Shown piece after piece: positions 30,133 to 42,059 of a DNA stretch of 64,000 nucleotides. The position numbers and the translations under genes were made by a program. This stretch comes from Gammaproteobacteria bacterium (GTDB taxonomy: Bacteria > Pseudomonadota > Gammaproteobacteria > Ga0077536). The stretch is from the NCBI GenBank assembly GCA_963662545.2, contig CAXXLL010000003.1, forward strand, positions 1,056,001 to 1,120,000. Direction: 5' to 3'. Positions within the stretch are counted from its first letter, which is position 1. Each line of letters begins with the position of its first letter. The notes beneath the pieces are model-generated. The model saw only the letters and a program-made list of their open reading frames with translations, ran no database searches and was not told where the DNA came from.

Positions 30133-31854
30133 ATGAAAATATCTGCACTTCTGGTTCCCACCCTGCGCGAAGCGCCGAGCGACGCAGAAATTGCAAGCCA
30201 TAAATTGATGGTTCGCGCGGGCATGATTCGTCAAATCGCCGCCGGTATTTATACCTGGCTGCCGATTGGACTGCGTGTGTTGCGTAAGGTAGAACGCATC
30301 GTTCGAGAGGAAATGGAGCGTGTGGGCGCCCAGGAAGTTCTGATGTCCGGGGTTCAACCCGCTGAACTCTGGGCGGAGTCGGGACGCTGGGACGCCTACG
30401 GCCCCGAACTTTTGCGCTTCACTGATCGTCACGATCGCGCGTTTTGCCTGGGCCCGACCCACGAGGAAATCATCACGGAATTGATTCGTGGTGAGATTCG
30501 CAGCTATAAGCAGCTGCCCGCCAATTTTTATCAGATCCAGACCAAGTTTCGCGACGAAATACGTCCGCGCTTCGGCATCATGCGAGCGCGCGAGTTCCTC
30601 ATGAAGGACGCTTATTCGTTTCATCTCGACCAGGCGTCGCTTAACGATACTTATGAGGATATGTATCGTGCTTATTGCCGCGTATTCGACCGCGTGGGTT
30701 TAGTTTACCGCGCGGTTATCGCCGATACCGGCGCCATCGGCGGATCGAAATCTCACGAATTTCACGTGCTCGCCGACTCGGGCGAAGATCACATCGCCTT
30801 CAGCTCCACAGGCGACTATGCCGCGAACGTCGAAATGGTCCCGCTATCCGCACCTCAGGGTGAGCGCCCGCCGCCGCAACGTGAACTGGAAAAAGTCGCG
30901 ACCCCCGATCAGCACACGATCGACGAAGTCAGCCGGTTTCTCGGCGTGACGGCTGCGCAGTGCGTCAAAACCCTGGTGGTCGAGGCCGACGGGGGCGGCC
31001 TGGTCGCGCTGGTACTGCGGGGCGACCATGATCTGAACGCGCTGAAGGCGCAAAATCTCGACGAAGTCGCCGATCCTTTGCGATTTGCGCAGGCGGAGGA
31101 AATCGAAGCGGCGACGGGCTGCAGCCCGGGATCACTGGGGCCGCTCGGCCTGCCTTTTCCGGTAGTCGCCGATGCAAGCGCGTCCATGTCGGCGGACTTC
31201 ATCTGCGGCGCCAACGAAGAAGGTGTACACCTCTTGGGTGTCAACTGGGGTCGTGATTTGGGAGAACCCCACATCGCCGACCTGCGGAACGCGCGGGTGG
31301 GCGACCCGAGTCCGGATGGCAAGGGTAGGCTCGACATCAAACGCGGCATCGAAGTCGGGCATATCTTTCAACTCGGAACGAAATACAGCGAAGCCATGAA
31401 GGCGACAGTGCTCGACGAGAATGGGCGGGCGGTCCCCATGACGATGGGTTGCTACGGGATCGGCGTATCTCGCATCGTCGCCGCCGCCATCGAACAGAAT
31501 CACGACGAAAAGGGCATTATCTGGCCGGACGCAATCGCACCGTTTCAATGCGTCATTGCACCGATCAATTTGCATAAGTCCGAACGCTTGCGTACAGCGG
31601 CGGAAAAACTCTATGGGGAATTGAAGAGCGAAGGCATCGATGTACTGCTATACGATGCACGCGAGCGGCCCGGTGTCATGTTCGCCGATCTCGAATTGAT
31701 CGGCATTCCACATCGCCTCGTGATCAGCGACCGCGGCCTCGACGCCGGCACGCTGGAATATAAGTCACGGAGCGGCGATGTGTCCGAGGAAATTCCACTG
31801 GCCGACGCTATGGTCTACCTGCGCGGGATTAGCAGCCTGTCGGGCTTAGGATGA
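30133..31854 (+). CDS. proS: Proline-tRNA ligase
   Basis: [33 protein letters not shown]; likely start ATG 30133. Confidence 0.97.
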   Translation: MKISALLVPTLREAPSDAEIASHKLMVRAGMIRQIAAGIYTWLPIGLRVLRKVERIVREEMERVGAQEVLMSGVQPAELWAESGRWDAYGPELLRFTDRHDRAFCLGPTHEEIITELIRGEIRSYKQLPANFYQIQTKFRDEIRPRFGIMRAREFLMKDAYSFHLDQASLNDTYEDMYRAYCRVFDRVGLVYRAVIADTGAIGGSKSHEFHVLADSGEDHIAFSSTGDYAANVEMVPLSAPQGERPPPQRELEKVATPDQHTIDEVSRFLGVTAAQCVKTLVVEADGGGLVALVLRGDHDLNALKAQNLDEVADPLRFAQAEEIEAATGCSPGSLGPLGLPFPVVADASASMSADFICGANEEGVHLLGVNWGRDLGEPHIADLRNARVGDPSPDGKGRLDIKRGIEVGHIFQLGTKYSEAMKATVLDENGRAVPMTMGCYGIGVSRIVAAAIEQNHDEKGIIWPDAIAPFQCVIAPINLHKSERLRTAAEKLYGELKSEGIDVLLYDARERPGVMFADLELIGIPHRLVISDRGLDAGTLEYKSRSGDVSEEIPLADAMVYLRGISSLSGLG

Positions 31855-32061
31855 ATTGACTTGGGCGTTGAGATAGCGGTCCAGATGCGCCATGGTTTTG
31901 TTCAGCGCGTCCCTGCGCTTCACCCCTGCGGGGCTGGCGCGAAAATTCGTTCCCGACGAATTTTTCGTTAAATAGCACCACTATTCGCCTCAAACCATGA
32001 CACCTCTCAGACCGCTCTCCCAATCGCCTCGCTACGATTCCCTAAGCCCGACAGGCTGCTA
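31830..32061. mobile_element. 232-bp palindromic MITE-like element with nested ~66-bp hairpin insert
   Basis: Perfect 21-bp TIR TAGCAGCCTGTCGGGCTTAGG; overlaps the proS 3' end and the acyP TAG. Confidence 0.88.
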
Positions 32062-32340
32062 GCGAATTTCGAATCCGTCGAGCGGCACCTCCTGACTGGT
32101 TTCGGTAGCGACGCCGGAAACCTTCGCGTGCGCCGTTCCCGCTGCAAGCCAGCGTTCAAACTCCGCGAGGGCATCGATGCTGCCGCTGGCGAGCGTCTCG
32201 ACACGCCCGTCCGGAAGATTTTTGATCCAACCGTGAAGCCCCAACCGACGGGCGACCTCGCGCGCAGAGGCCCGATAATAAACGCCCTGCACGCGTCCAG
32301 TGATCCAGAATTTCTTACAAGCCTTGCGCGGTGATGACAT
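32059..32340 (-). CDS. acyP: Acylphosphatase
   Basis: GRVQGVYYR, GWIKNLPDGRVE, FEIR. Confidence 0.93.
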   Translation of the reverse strand: MSSPRKACKKFWITGRVQGVYYRASAREVARRLGLHGWIKNLPDGRVETLASGSIDALAEFERWLAAGTAHAKVSGVATETSQEVPLDGFEIR

Positions 32341-32413
32341 CGCCTAACCGGCGTATTGTACGAAGGACGGCCGCTGCCGGCTGAGGGCAGGTATGTCAGC
32401 GATGGTACATATT

Positions 32414-32510
32414 GCGGCTTGCTCAAACATCTTCGAATGGCCTGATTAATCCTGTTAGCTCAACAACTTCGTCTCGGCGCTGCGGCCGCCCTCGTGCAAT
32501 AGGCGGGCTA
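32414..32510 (-). repeat. Dispersed ~95-bp repeat, copy B
   Basis: Reverse complement aligns with 10211-10305; begins at the TAG stop of the YihY gene. Confidence 0.85.
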
Positions 32511-33767
32511 GAAGGCCTTGACCTGCGACGCATCCACCTTGGACCCCGACTTCTTCACCGGCGCAGACAACATATCCGCCAACGGAACGGTCAACGAAGC
32601 CTCCGACCAATTTCCGAGTTCGGTTAGTTTCGCCTGCAACTGATCGTCAGCCTCGTCGATGGCCATCGAGCGCACGTTCTCGAGCGGTGCGAAGCTCGGC
32701 ACGAGCCGCAGCAGGTCGAGGAGCGTAACCCGATGAAGATCCCTCATCAGCACCCATAGAAAAGCGTCGTTGCGGCTGATCCAGGCGGCACGATCCAGTG
32801 TTTCCAATGACGTATTGATTGCGTCGTAACCGAGATCGGACTCCTGGTGCAATAATTCCTTTTCGGACGTTCCACGTCCGTCGAGTTGCGCTTCGTACAG
32901 CCGCATGACTATTCGATACGCACAGTACAGGGGATCTCTTCTCGCCAGTGCACCGTGGCGCCGCGGCCGCATGGCGCTGAACGTGGTCAAACATTGGGTG
33001 ATCTCCGCGCCTAAGAGGACGATGACCCAGGACAGGTAAATCCAGATGAGGAAAATGGGGACGGTGGCGAAAGCACCGTAGATCGCTTGTTGGGACGGGA
33101 AATGAGTCACGAATAAGGCGAACAGACGCTTGGCGAGTTCGAACAGAATGCTCGCGACGACACCCCCGATCAGGGCGTGCTTGAGGGGCACTGGCCGGTA
33201 GGGAATGAGTTTGAAAAACATGGTAAACGCAATCGTCGTGGCGACTACGGGAAATGCGGCGATGAGGCGCGTCTTGATGTCCCCGGAGACGCCCGCTTCG
33301 GACAACAGCGGCAATGAGATAACGTATGAAGTCGCAACTATACTGGCGCCGATCAAAACCGGCCCCAACGTCAATACCGACCAATAAACGAGAAAGAGAA
33401 CGATCAATGGACGCTTTCTCTGGATGCCCCAGATCACATTGAAGGTCGACTCGATGGTCGACATCATCGCGAGAACCGTGATTAGCAGGACGATGATTCC
33501 GGCGGCCTGCAGGCCCTTGGCCTTGTCAGCAAACTGCAGCAGGTACAACTGAACCTGATCGCCAAGCGCAGGAACAAAATTCTTGAACACGAAGCCCTCG
33601 ATCCCCTCTCGCCATTCCTGAAATGCCGGAAAGGCGGACAGGGTGACGAATACCACGGTAAACAGCGGAACCAGGGCGAGTAATGAAGTATATGCCAGGG
33701 AGGCGGCCGCCCGGTTGCAATGATCCACTTCGAAGCGGTACTTAAGATATTTTAGAAACGCCCACAA
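32508..33767 (-). CDS. YihY/virulence factor BrkB family inner membrane protein
   Basis: AASLAYTSLLALVP, IESTFNVIW, IYGAFA..PIFLIWIYLSW..VLLGA; C-terminal HTH-like extension. Confidence 0.9.
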   Translation of the reverse strand: MWAFLKYLKYRFEVDHCNRAAASLAYTSLLALVPLFTVVFVTLSAFPAFQEWREGIEGFVFKNFVPALGDQVQLYLLQFADKAKGLQAAGIIVLLITVLAMMSTIESTFNVIWGIQRKRPLIVLFLVYWSVLTLGPVLIGASIVATSYVISLPLLSEAGVSGDIKTRLIAAFPVVATTIAFTMFFKLIPYRPVPLKHALIGGVVASILFELAKRLFALFVTHFPSQQAIYGAFATVPIFLIWIYLSWVIVLLGAEITQCLTTFSAMRPRRHGALARRDPLYCAYRIVMRLYEAQLDGRGTSEKELLHQESDLGYDAINTSLETLDRAAWISRNDAFLWVLMRDLHRVTLLDLLRLVPSFAPLENVRSMAIDEADDQLQAKLTELGNWSEASLTVPLADMLSAPVKKSGSKVDASQVKAF

Positions 33768-33981
33768 GCGCAGAACTTGGTCATTGGGATGGCATTGATC
33801 AAGATCAAGCCTTTTTCGGTCGATTCTTCAGGGACCATAGCGCTGTACCCGTTCATCTGCCAGGCGCGGCGCGCGCGACGCATTTCGATCGAGAATCATA
33901 CGCCACACAAGCAGGTCCGCGGTTTTCGCCTCCCTGTTAGAATTATCGCAACCCATCTCACGTTTATCCCGCATTCGTTAT

Positions 33982-34035
33982 TAGAACCTATCTCAAATTT
34001 ATTCGCGTACGTGAATAATTTTGAGATAGGTTCTA
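33982..34035. repeat. 54-bp near-perfect palindrome (mini MITE-like)
   Basis: TAGAACCTATCTCAAA..TTTGAGATAGGTTCTA. Confidence 0.85.
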
Positions 34036-34060
34036 GATTCCCGAGCAGAGAACATGCCCT

Positions 34061-35728
<1,668 letters not shown>

Positions 35729-35732
<4 letters not shown>

Positions 35733-36808
35733 CGTCCGTAGAGTTCACTTTGAAAATATTCATCCCTGGAGTGCCGCAGCAACACGACGATTGCCGCGGC
35801 GACCGGCAGGGCAAGCAGTACCCCAAAAAAGCCGAACAACTGCCCACCGGCCATCACCGCGAAAATCACCGCCACCGGATGCAATCCGATGCGATCACCG
35901 ACCAGGATTGGCGACAATACGAACCCCTCGAGTAGTTGACCGAGGCCAAAGACGATGCTGACGCCGAGGAGATGGAATACGTCCTGGAATTGAATGAACG
36001 CGGCGAAACCCGCCACGAGGATACCGACGATCACGCCGAGGTAGGGCACGAAACTGACAATACCCGCCAGCATACCGATGAAAACCGCAAGATCGAGACC
36101 TACCATCAACAGTCCTACCGTGTAAATTGCCGCGAGGGCCGCCATCAAGGTGAGTTGTCCGCGCAAAAATTCCGCGAGCACCGCATCGATCTCACCGGCG
36201 AGCTTGGAGACAACCGGTTCGATGCGCTTCGGGAGCAGACCGTGAACCGCATCAACCAGGTGGTCCCAGTCCCGCAGGAGGTAAAACGTCACGACCGGGA
36301 TCAACAAGAGATAGGCAAGCCAACCCATCAGAAATTGTCCTGAACGACTGATATGCGATATCAGTTCGCCGACCACGGTGCCGCCCTGGCGCCAGTGATC
36401 GACGATTGCCTGACGCACCGCTGGTATGTCGAATTCGATCACATCAGCGCCCAGCACCGACGCCAGCCGAGGCGCGATCTTTTCCTGCAGCGACTCGAGT
36501 CCCTGCGGAATACCTTGGATGAGACTGGTCGCCTGTTGCTCCAGCATCGGCAGTAGTACCACCAACGACAGTAAGGCAGCGATGAACATTGCAGCGAACA
36601 CCGCGACCACGCCCAGCGCACGGCGAACACGAAATGCCTCCAATCGATCGACTAAGGGATCGCCGAGGTAGGCCAACAACGCGCTGATCAGGAAAGGCGT
36701 AAGAACCGGCGACAGCAGATACAGCAGCCATCCAGTCATCGCAAGCAGAGCCAGAATCAGCCATTTTTGCGAATCGGTCAGCGCCTGGGTATCCATCGCG
36801 GTCCTCAT
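35729..36808 (-). CDS. AI-2E (PerM) family transporter
   Basis: PVVTFYLLRDW, FVPYLG, IGLHPV, GVLLALP. Confidence 0.9.
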
Positions 36809-37857
36809 CAGGGCAGGAGTTTGTAGGCGTCGCTGTGGTCCGCTACCGGCGTCAGCACCTGGCCGAAAGAGATTCCCTGAGTCAACGCCGGACGCCCGCC
36901 CTGCACGTTTAATTCGAACAGGATGCGGCGATTGTCCACGCTGCGCACGAACAATCCCGTGACTGCGTCAAGGGACTCGAGGTAGTGCAGCACGCGCGCG
37001 TAATCGTCGATCGACTGCATCCCCAATACCGTCAATTCGAAACGATCGGCGCGGGCGAGCATCATGGGATCGGCGAATCGCCGCGCCAGGGCGTCACCCA
37101 GAGCATCAACCCCATCTTCGATCATGAGTTCCACAATGTCACCCTCGGCCCGCCATTCGAAACTTTCATCACCGACATGAATTTTCCAGCGAATGTCCCA
37201 AAACCCGGGCACCGATCGACGCAGGTATCCGATCAATATCGAAGGCGTTCCATAGCGGCCGGACAAGGCGAGCGCGGTGCCGGCGAGCCCTTCCCAGTCG
37301 CTGGCATAGATCAAATGCTGAGATTCCTCCACATCCATGATTGGAAGCAGTATCGGAATGCCCCGCACTTCAGCCCGGGTGAGCATGGTCTCGCCCAGGC
37401 GGCCAGGTTCGTCGCCGCCCAACATTTCGCGCGTCGTAAGCTCGTCGATGACAAGCCATGCGATCGTGTCGGGGCGCTCCTTGGCCCAAACCGATACCCC
37501 CAGCGCATCCAGTTCCTTGACCAAAGCGACCTCGTCGAACTCTGCCGCGAGCATCAAGCCGCCGCTCAAGGCCTCTAGCTCGTAACCGTATTGCAGCATC
37601 AGGCTCGAGGCATTTTTCAGCAAACCGGCGACCCCGGACCTCGTCCTTATCCGGCGGTTGCCGGTCAGCTTGACCAAAACCTGGCCGAGGGCCCGTGATG
37701 CGCCGCGGGCACGCTCGCCGTCCGATCGATCACTAACAGGTACCGCCACACGATAGAGGTTTTGTACGTCGCGTGCTTCTGTCGAAATGGAAAATACTGC
37801 GGCTTGCAACACAGCAGTCATCAGTACGACCACACGTATCACGGTAGGACCGGGCAT
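36808..37857 (-). CDS. DUF2066-like periplasmic protein
   Basis: Signal peptide, LY..V.V, VLVKLTG, W..RP motifs; divergent from purM, upstream of perM-hda. Confidence 0.82.
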   Translation of the reverse strand: MPGPTVIRVVVLMTAVLQAAVFSISTEARDVQNLYRVAVPVSDRSDGERARGASRALGQVLVKLTGNRRIRTRSGVAGLLKNASSLMLQYGYELEALSGGLMLAAEFDEVALVKELDALGVSVWAKERPDTIAWLVIDELTTREMLGGDEPGRLGETMLTRAEVRGIPILLPIMDVEESQHLIYASDWEGLAGTALALSGRYGTPSILIGYLRRSVPGFWDIRWKIHVGDESFEWRAEGDIVELMIEDGVDALGDALARRFADPMMLARADRFELTVLGMQSIDDYARVLHYLESLDAVTGLFVRSVDNRRILFELNVQGGRPALTQGISFGQVLTPVADHSDAYKLLP

Positions 37858-38142
37858 GGAGATTCACGTCGGATCATTTTAGAGGGCGCTCGAACCAAGT
37901 TGGCAGCACGCTATGACAAAGCACGAAATCAAGTCAAGGTTTACCCCTGGAAGTCGGCAACACTATGAAAGAAAGGCGATTTCCTATCGTTTTTCTTATA
38001 GCTTCGGCGAAAACGCGGTTTCCGCCGAGCTCCATCCATCAAGCACTTACGCGCTTGATGGATGCCGGTACATCCATGTACCGGTAACAGCCTGTCGATA
38101 AACACGGTTTTTCAACAGTCCGTTTGTGGATAGAATTCGCGA

Positions 38143-39192
38143 ATGACGAGCGGGAATAAGCGCGGCCTGTCTTACCGCGATGCCGGCGTTGACATTCGGC
38201 GCGGCGAACAATTGGTTGAACGCATTAAGCCCAGCGCCGCAAAGACGCATCGGACGGGCGTCATGGGATCGTTAGGGGGATTCGGCGGCCTATTCGACAT
38301 CCGCGCCGCCGGGTTCCGCGATCCCATCTTGGTGTCTTCCACGGACGGAGTCGGCACCAAGCTGCTACTGGCCATCGAGATGCAGCGTCATGACACCGTT
38401 GGTATCGATGTCGTCGCCATGTGCGTTAATGACGTCCTTGTCCAGGGCGCCGAGCCGCTGCTATTCCTGGATTATTTCGCAACAGGGGACCTCAGCGTCG
38501 AGACCGCAGCCACTGTCGTAGCTGGTATCGCGCGAGGCTGCAGCGCGTGCGGCACAGCGCTGTTGGGCGGTGAGACCGCGGAGATGCCCGGCATGTACCC
38601 CCCCGGTCACTACGACCTGGCCGGATTTTGCGTCGGCGCGGTTGAACGTGAAGATCTGATCGACGGCGCTCGCGTGCAAGTAGGCGACTCCCTGCTGGGG
38701 CTGGCATCGGACGGCATCCACGCCAACGGCTATTCGCTCGTCCGGGCAATCCTCAAACACAGTGACGCCAGCCTCGACGAATCGTTCGAAGGATCGAGTC
38801 TCGGTGAATGGCTGTTGCGCCCGACGCGGCTCTATGTTCGCTCAGTCCTGGACGCGCGCAAAGCCGGAGAGATTCGCGCGATTGCGCACATCACGGGCGG
38901 CGGCTTGATCGGTAACGTTCCGCGCGTTCTGCCAGCGGGATTGGCCGCCTCGATCGACCTTGACCGCTGGACCTTACCGCCGATCTTTGCGCGCTTGCAG
39001 GATGCCGGCGCGGTCGCTGCCGAAGAGATGCTGCGCACCTTTAATTGCGGTATAGGAATGGTCCTCATCGTGCCGCGCGGTGATGTGGACGCCGTTTCGC
39101 GGTCACTCGTTCAATCCGGTGAAAATGTCTTCGAGTTGGGAGAAGTCACCAAAGGCGAACATGGCGTACAGCTCGCCGGCAGCTTGCGCTGA
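38143..39192 (+). CDS. purM: Phosphoribosylformylglycinamidine cyclo-ligase
   Basis: YRDAGVD, TDGVGTK, GGETAEMP, HITGGG, FNCG. Confidence 0.97.
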   Translation: MTSGNKRGLSYRDAGVDIRRGEQLVERIKPSAAKTHRTGVMGSLGGFGGLFDIRAAGFRDPILVSSTDGVGTKLLLAIEMQRHDTVGIDVVAMCVNDVLVQGAEPLLFLDYFATGDLSVETAATVVAGIARGCSACGTALLGGETAEMPGMYPPGHYDLAGFCVGAVEREDLIDGARVQVGDSLLGLASDGIHANGYSLVRAILKHSDASLDESFEGSSLGEWLLRPTRLYVRSVLDARKAGEIRAIAHITGGGLIGNVPRVLPAGLAASIDLDRWTLPPIFARLQDAGAVAAEEMLRTFNCGIGMVLIVPRGDVDAVSRSLVQSGENVFELGEVTKGEHGVQLAGSLR

Positions 39193-39240
39193 TCCGGCCC
39201 ACGACGACCGTGGGTGAGAGTTCCTGGCCAGCCAATCGGT

Positions 39241-40023
39241 TCAGTCTTTGCGAACGGCGCCAAGCCCTGCTTCAACCGCCGCGAGAAATCCCCGCAGGAT
39301 CTGTACTTCGCTGTGCAGCAGGTCGGCCCGGTTCATCAGACGCCGCAATCGGCGCTCTAGCAGTTTCGGCCGTTCGGGATCGTGGTATGCCGCAACCTCC
39401 ATGACGTGGAGGATGTGCGCCTGCAAACCGTTCAATTCCTCCGCCGCGGCCGGGCGGTCGCCGCCTTTCAGCTCGATGTGACGGGGCGCCGGCTCAGCCG
39501 ACGGGTCGGCAGCCAGATGCAGTTCGTAGGCGAGGATTTGAACCGCTTGCGCCAAATTGAGCGAGCGAAACCGATCGACCGTCGGGATCCAGATGGAGCG
39601 CTGACAGCGATCAAGTTCTTCGTTGGACAAGCCCGATCGCTCACCCCCGAAAACGACGGCCGTATCGCCGGCCCTTGCTGATCGCAGGATCTCGCCGGCG
39701 GCTTCCCGCGGGGACAGAGTCGGCCACTCGATCCGACGATCGCGCGCCGTCGTGCCAAACGCAAGTCCACAACCTTCTAGCGCCTGGTCCAAGGATTCAT
39801 GAACGATTACCGCGGCCAGAATGTCATCAGCTCCGGCTGCACGGGCCGTGGCCACGGCGGAGGGAAACACAGATGGTGATACCAGGTGCAGGTGCGCGAG
39901 ACCCATTGCTTTCATCGCACGTGCGCTCGCGCCGATGTTGCCCGGATGAGTGGTGCCGACGAGCACGACACGCACGCCGTTTAATACCCCATCCGGGCTT
40001 GATGATTTTCGTGCTTGGCCCAA
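39241..40023 (-). CDS. trmJ: TrmJ-family tRNA/rRNA methyltransferase
   Basis: THPGNIGASARAMK, FG.E..GLSNEEL, SLNLAQAVQ; divergent from suhB. Confidence 0.9.
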   Translation of the reverse strand: MGQARKSSSPDGVLNGVRVVLVGTTHPGNIGASARAMKAMGLAHLHLVSPSVFPSAVATARAAGADDILAAVIVHESLDQALEGCGLAFGTTARDRRIEWPTLSPREAAGEILRSARAGDTAVVFGGERSGLSNEELDRCQRSIWIPTVDRFRSLNLAQAVQILAYELHLAADPSAEPAPRHIELKGGDRPAAAEELNGLQAHILHVMEVAAYHDPERPKLLERRLRRLMNRADLLHSEVQILRGFLAAVEAGLGAVRKD

Positions 40024-40079
40024 GGAGTGCCGCCGTTGATCAGGTAGAATCCCGCCTATTCTAATCGCCGGATCGTCGC

Positions 40080-40880
40080 ATGCACCCCATGCTCAACATC
40101 GCAGTACGCGCCGCGCGCCGCGCGGGCACCATCATCGTGCAGAGTCAGCGGCGGCTCGACGAAGTCAAATTCGAGCGCAAGGGCCACCACGACTACGTTT
40201 CGCAAGTCGACCGGGATGCCGAGTCGGCGATCGTCGATACCTTGAGCACCGCTTTTCCGGACCACCAGATACTCGCCGAGGAATCGGGAAGCTCGGGGCA
40301 GTCAGACCACGTATGGATCATCGATCCCCTCGACGGCACCTTGAATTTCCTGCACGGCTACCCGCAGTTTGCCGTATCGATCGCTTTGACCGTCAAGGGA
40401 CGCCTGGATCAAGCCGTGGTTTACGACCCGATGCGTGACGAGCTTTTCACCGCCAGCCGCGGCGCCGGTGCCCAGTTAAATGGACGCCGCATACGGGTTA
40501 CGAAGTGCCTGCAGCTGGACGATGCATTGCTGGCGACCGGTTTTGCCGTCAGGCGCAAGTCCGAAATGCGCGCCTGCCTGGATTCATTAGGCCACATGCT
40601 GGGTCATTGCGCAGACGTGCGCCGGGCCGGCGCTGCCGCGCTCGATCTCGCCTACGTCGCCTGCGCACGTCTGGATGGATTTTGGGAATTCGGATTGAAA
40701 CCTTGGGACGTCGCCGCGGGAAGTTTGCTCATTCAGGAATCCGGCGGCCTGGTGGGCGATACCGAAGGCGGCGAGGCGCATGTGGAACGCGGCGACATCG
40801 TCGCCGCCAATCCGAAATTGTTCCGCCAAATCCTCACGGTTCTTGCGCACCAGCGCTCCGCCCCAACGGCTTTCACATGA
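40080..40880 (+). CDS. suhB: Inositol monophosphatase SuhB
   Basis: MHPMLNIAVRAAR, WIIDPLDGT, WDVAAG. Confidence 0.95.
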   Translation: MHPMLNIAVRAARRAGTIIVQSQRRLDEVKFERKGHHDYVSQVDRDAESAIVDTLSTAFPDHQILAEESGSSGQSDHVWIIDPLDGTLNFLHGYPQFAVSIALTVKGRLDQAVVYDPMRDELFTASRGAGAQLNGRRIRVTKCLQLDDALLATGFAVRRKSEMRACLDSLGHMLGHCADVRRAGAAALDLAYVACARLDGFWEFGLKPWDVAAGSLLIQESGGLVGDTEGGEAHVERGDIVAANPKLFRQILTVLAHQRSAPTAFT

Positions 40881-41004
40881 GTACGTCAGTACCCGCAACA
40901 GGCTTTACGGCACTTTTGACCTATCTCAATAGGGCACGCGATTAACGGAGATTTCCACCAGCCTGCGCAACGATCATGGCGGCTCTTAGGATTGTGCACA
41001 TCAA

Positions 41005-41940
41005 ATGAACGATTCGGTCAGTATCATTCTCCCCGCGAAAGACGAAGCCGAGAATCTGCGGGTGCTGTTGCCGGAGATCCGGCGTCTACACCCGGATGCA
41101 GAGGTGATCGTCGTCGATGACGGCAGCACCGATGATACCGCGCAAATATGCGTGGAATTCGGCGCGCGGCGTGTTGCTCACCCCTACCCCATGGGCAATG
41201 GTGCCGCCGTGAAAACCGGTGCCCGGCATGCCGAGGGAGACATCCTCGTTTTCATGGACGCGGACGGACAGCATGATCCGGGCGTCATCGGATCGCTGAT
41301 CGAAAAACTTGAGCTCGGATATGACATGGCGGTCGGTGCAAGATCATGGAACACGCATGCTTCGCTTGGTCGGCGCCTCGCAAACTACACCTATAACCGG
41401 ATGGCTTCTTATATGACCGGCCGCCGGATAGACGACCTGACCTCCGGATTCCGTGCCGCGCGGGCGCGACATTTCCGCCGCTTTTTGTATCTGTTTCCAA
41501 ACGGTTTCTCGTATCCGACAACCTGCACGATGGCGTTTTTCCGCTCCGGGCTGCCCGTTGCATATGTTCCCATAGACGCACGTCCGCGCGGCGGACGCAG
41601 TCATGTCAAGATCATCGAGGATGGGCTTCGCTTCGTGATGATCATCGTCAAGATTGGAGCATTGTTCTCACCGATGCGCCTGTTTCTACCGGTGAGCCTG
41701 CTCCTGTTCGCCACCGGCGCTGGTTATTACGCCTACACCTACACCTTATTTAACCGGTTCACTAACATGTCCGCCCTGGTGCTCCTGTCCGCACTCATGA
41801 TCCTCCTGATCGGCGTACTGGCCGAACTGGTTTCGGCCCTGCATTACAAGGACGCAGATTTTGAACGGCGCCTGGTCAGTAGGCAGCCCGAAAGGTCTGA
41901 TCACGGGAAAGAGGAGCGTCCCCGGAACGATTCACACTGA
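41005..41940 (+). CDS. GT2 glycosyltransferase, polyprenol-phosphate sugar synthase (DPM1/GtrB-like)
   Basis: VVDDGS.D, DADGQH, DLTSGFRA, two C-terminal TM helices. Confidence 0.9.
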   Translation: MNDSVSIILPAKDEAENLRVLLPEIRRLHPDAEVIVVDDGSTDDTAQICVEFGARRVAHPYPMGNGAAVKTGARHAEGDILVFMDADGQHDPGVIGSLIEKLELGYDMAVGARSWNTHASLGRRLANYTYNRMASYMTGRRIDDLTSGFRAARARHFRRFLYLFPNGFSYPTTCTMAFFRSGLPVAYVPIDARPRGGRSHVKIIEDGLRFVMIIVKIGALFSPMRLFLPVSLLLFATGAGYYAYTYTLFNRFTNMSALVLLSALMILLIGVLAELVSALHYKDADFERRLVSRQPERSDHGKEERPRNDSH

Positions 41941-42059
41941 GCCAGGTTCGCGACGCGAAGGATGTCAATTGAGTCGGCCACGCACGGGTCGTTCAAGCCG
42001 CATTTCTCGCCCTGCGCGCTACGATCGATAGAAGTCGCGCCGAGCCCTCTTTATTCTTT

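Noticed and set aside
40918-40931. ACCTATCTCAA similar to the 33982 TIR
   Set aside because: Only 11 nt, no TA terminus and no partner arm
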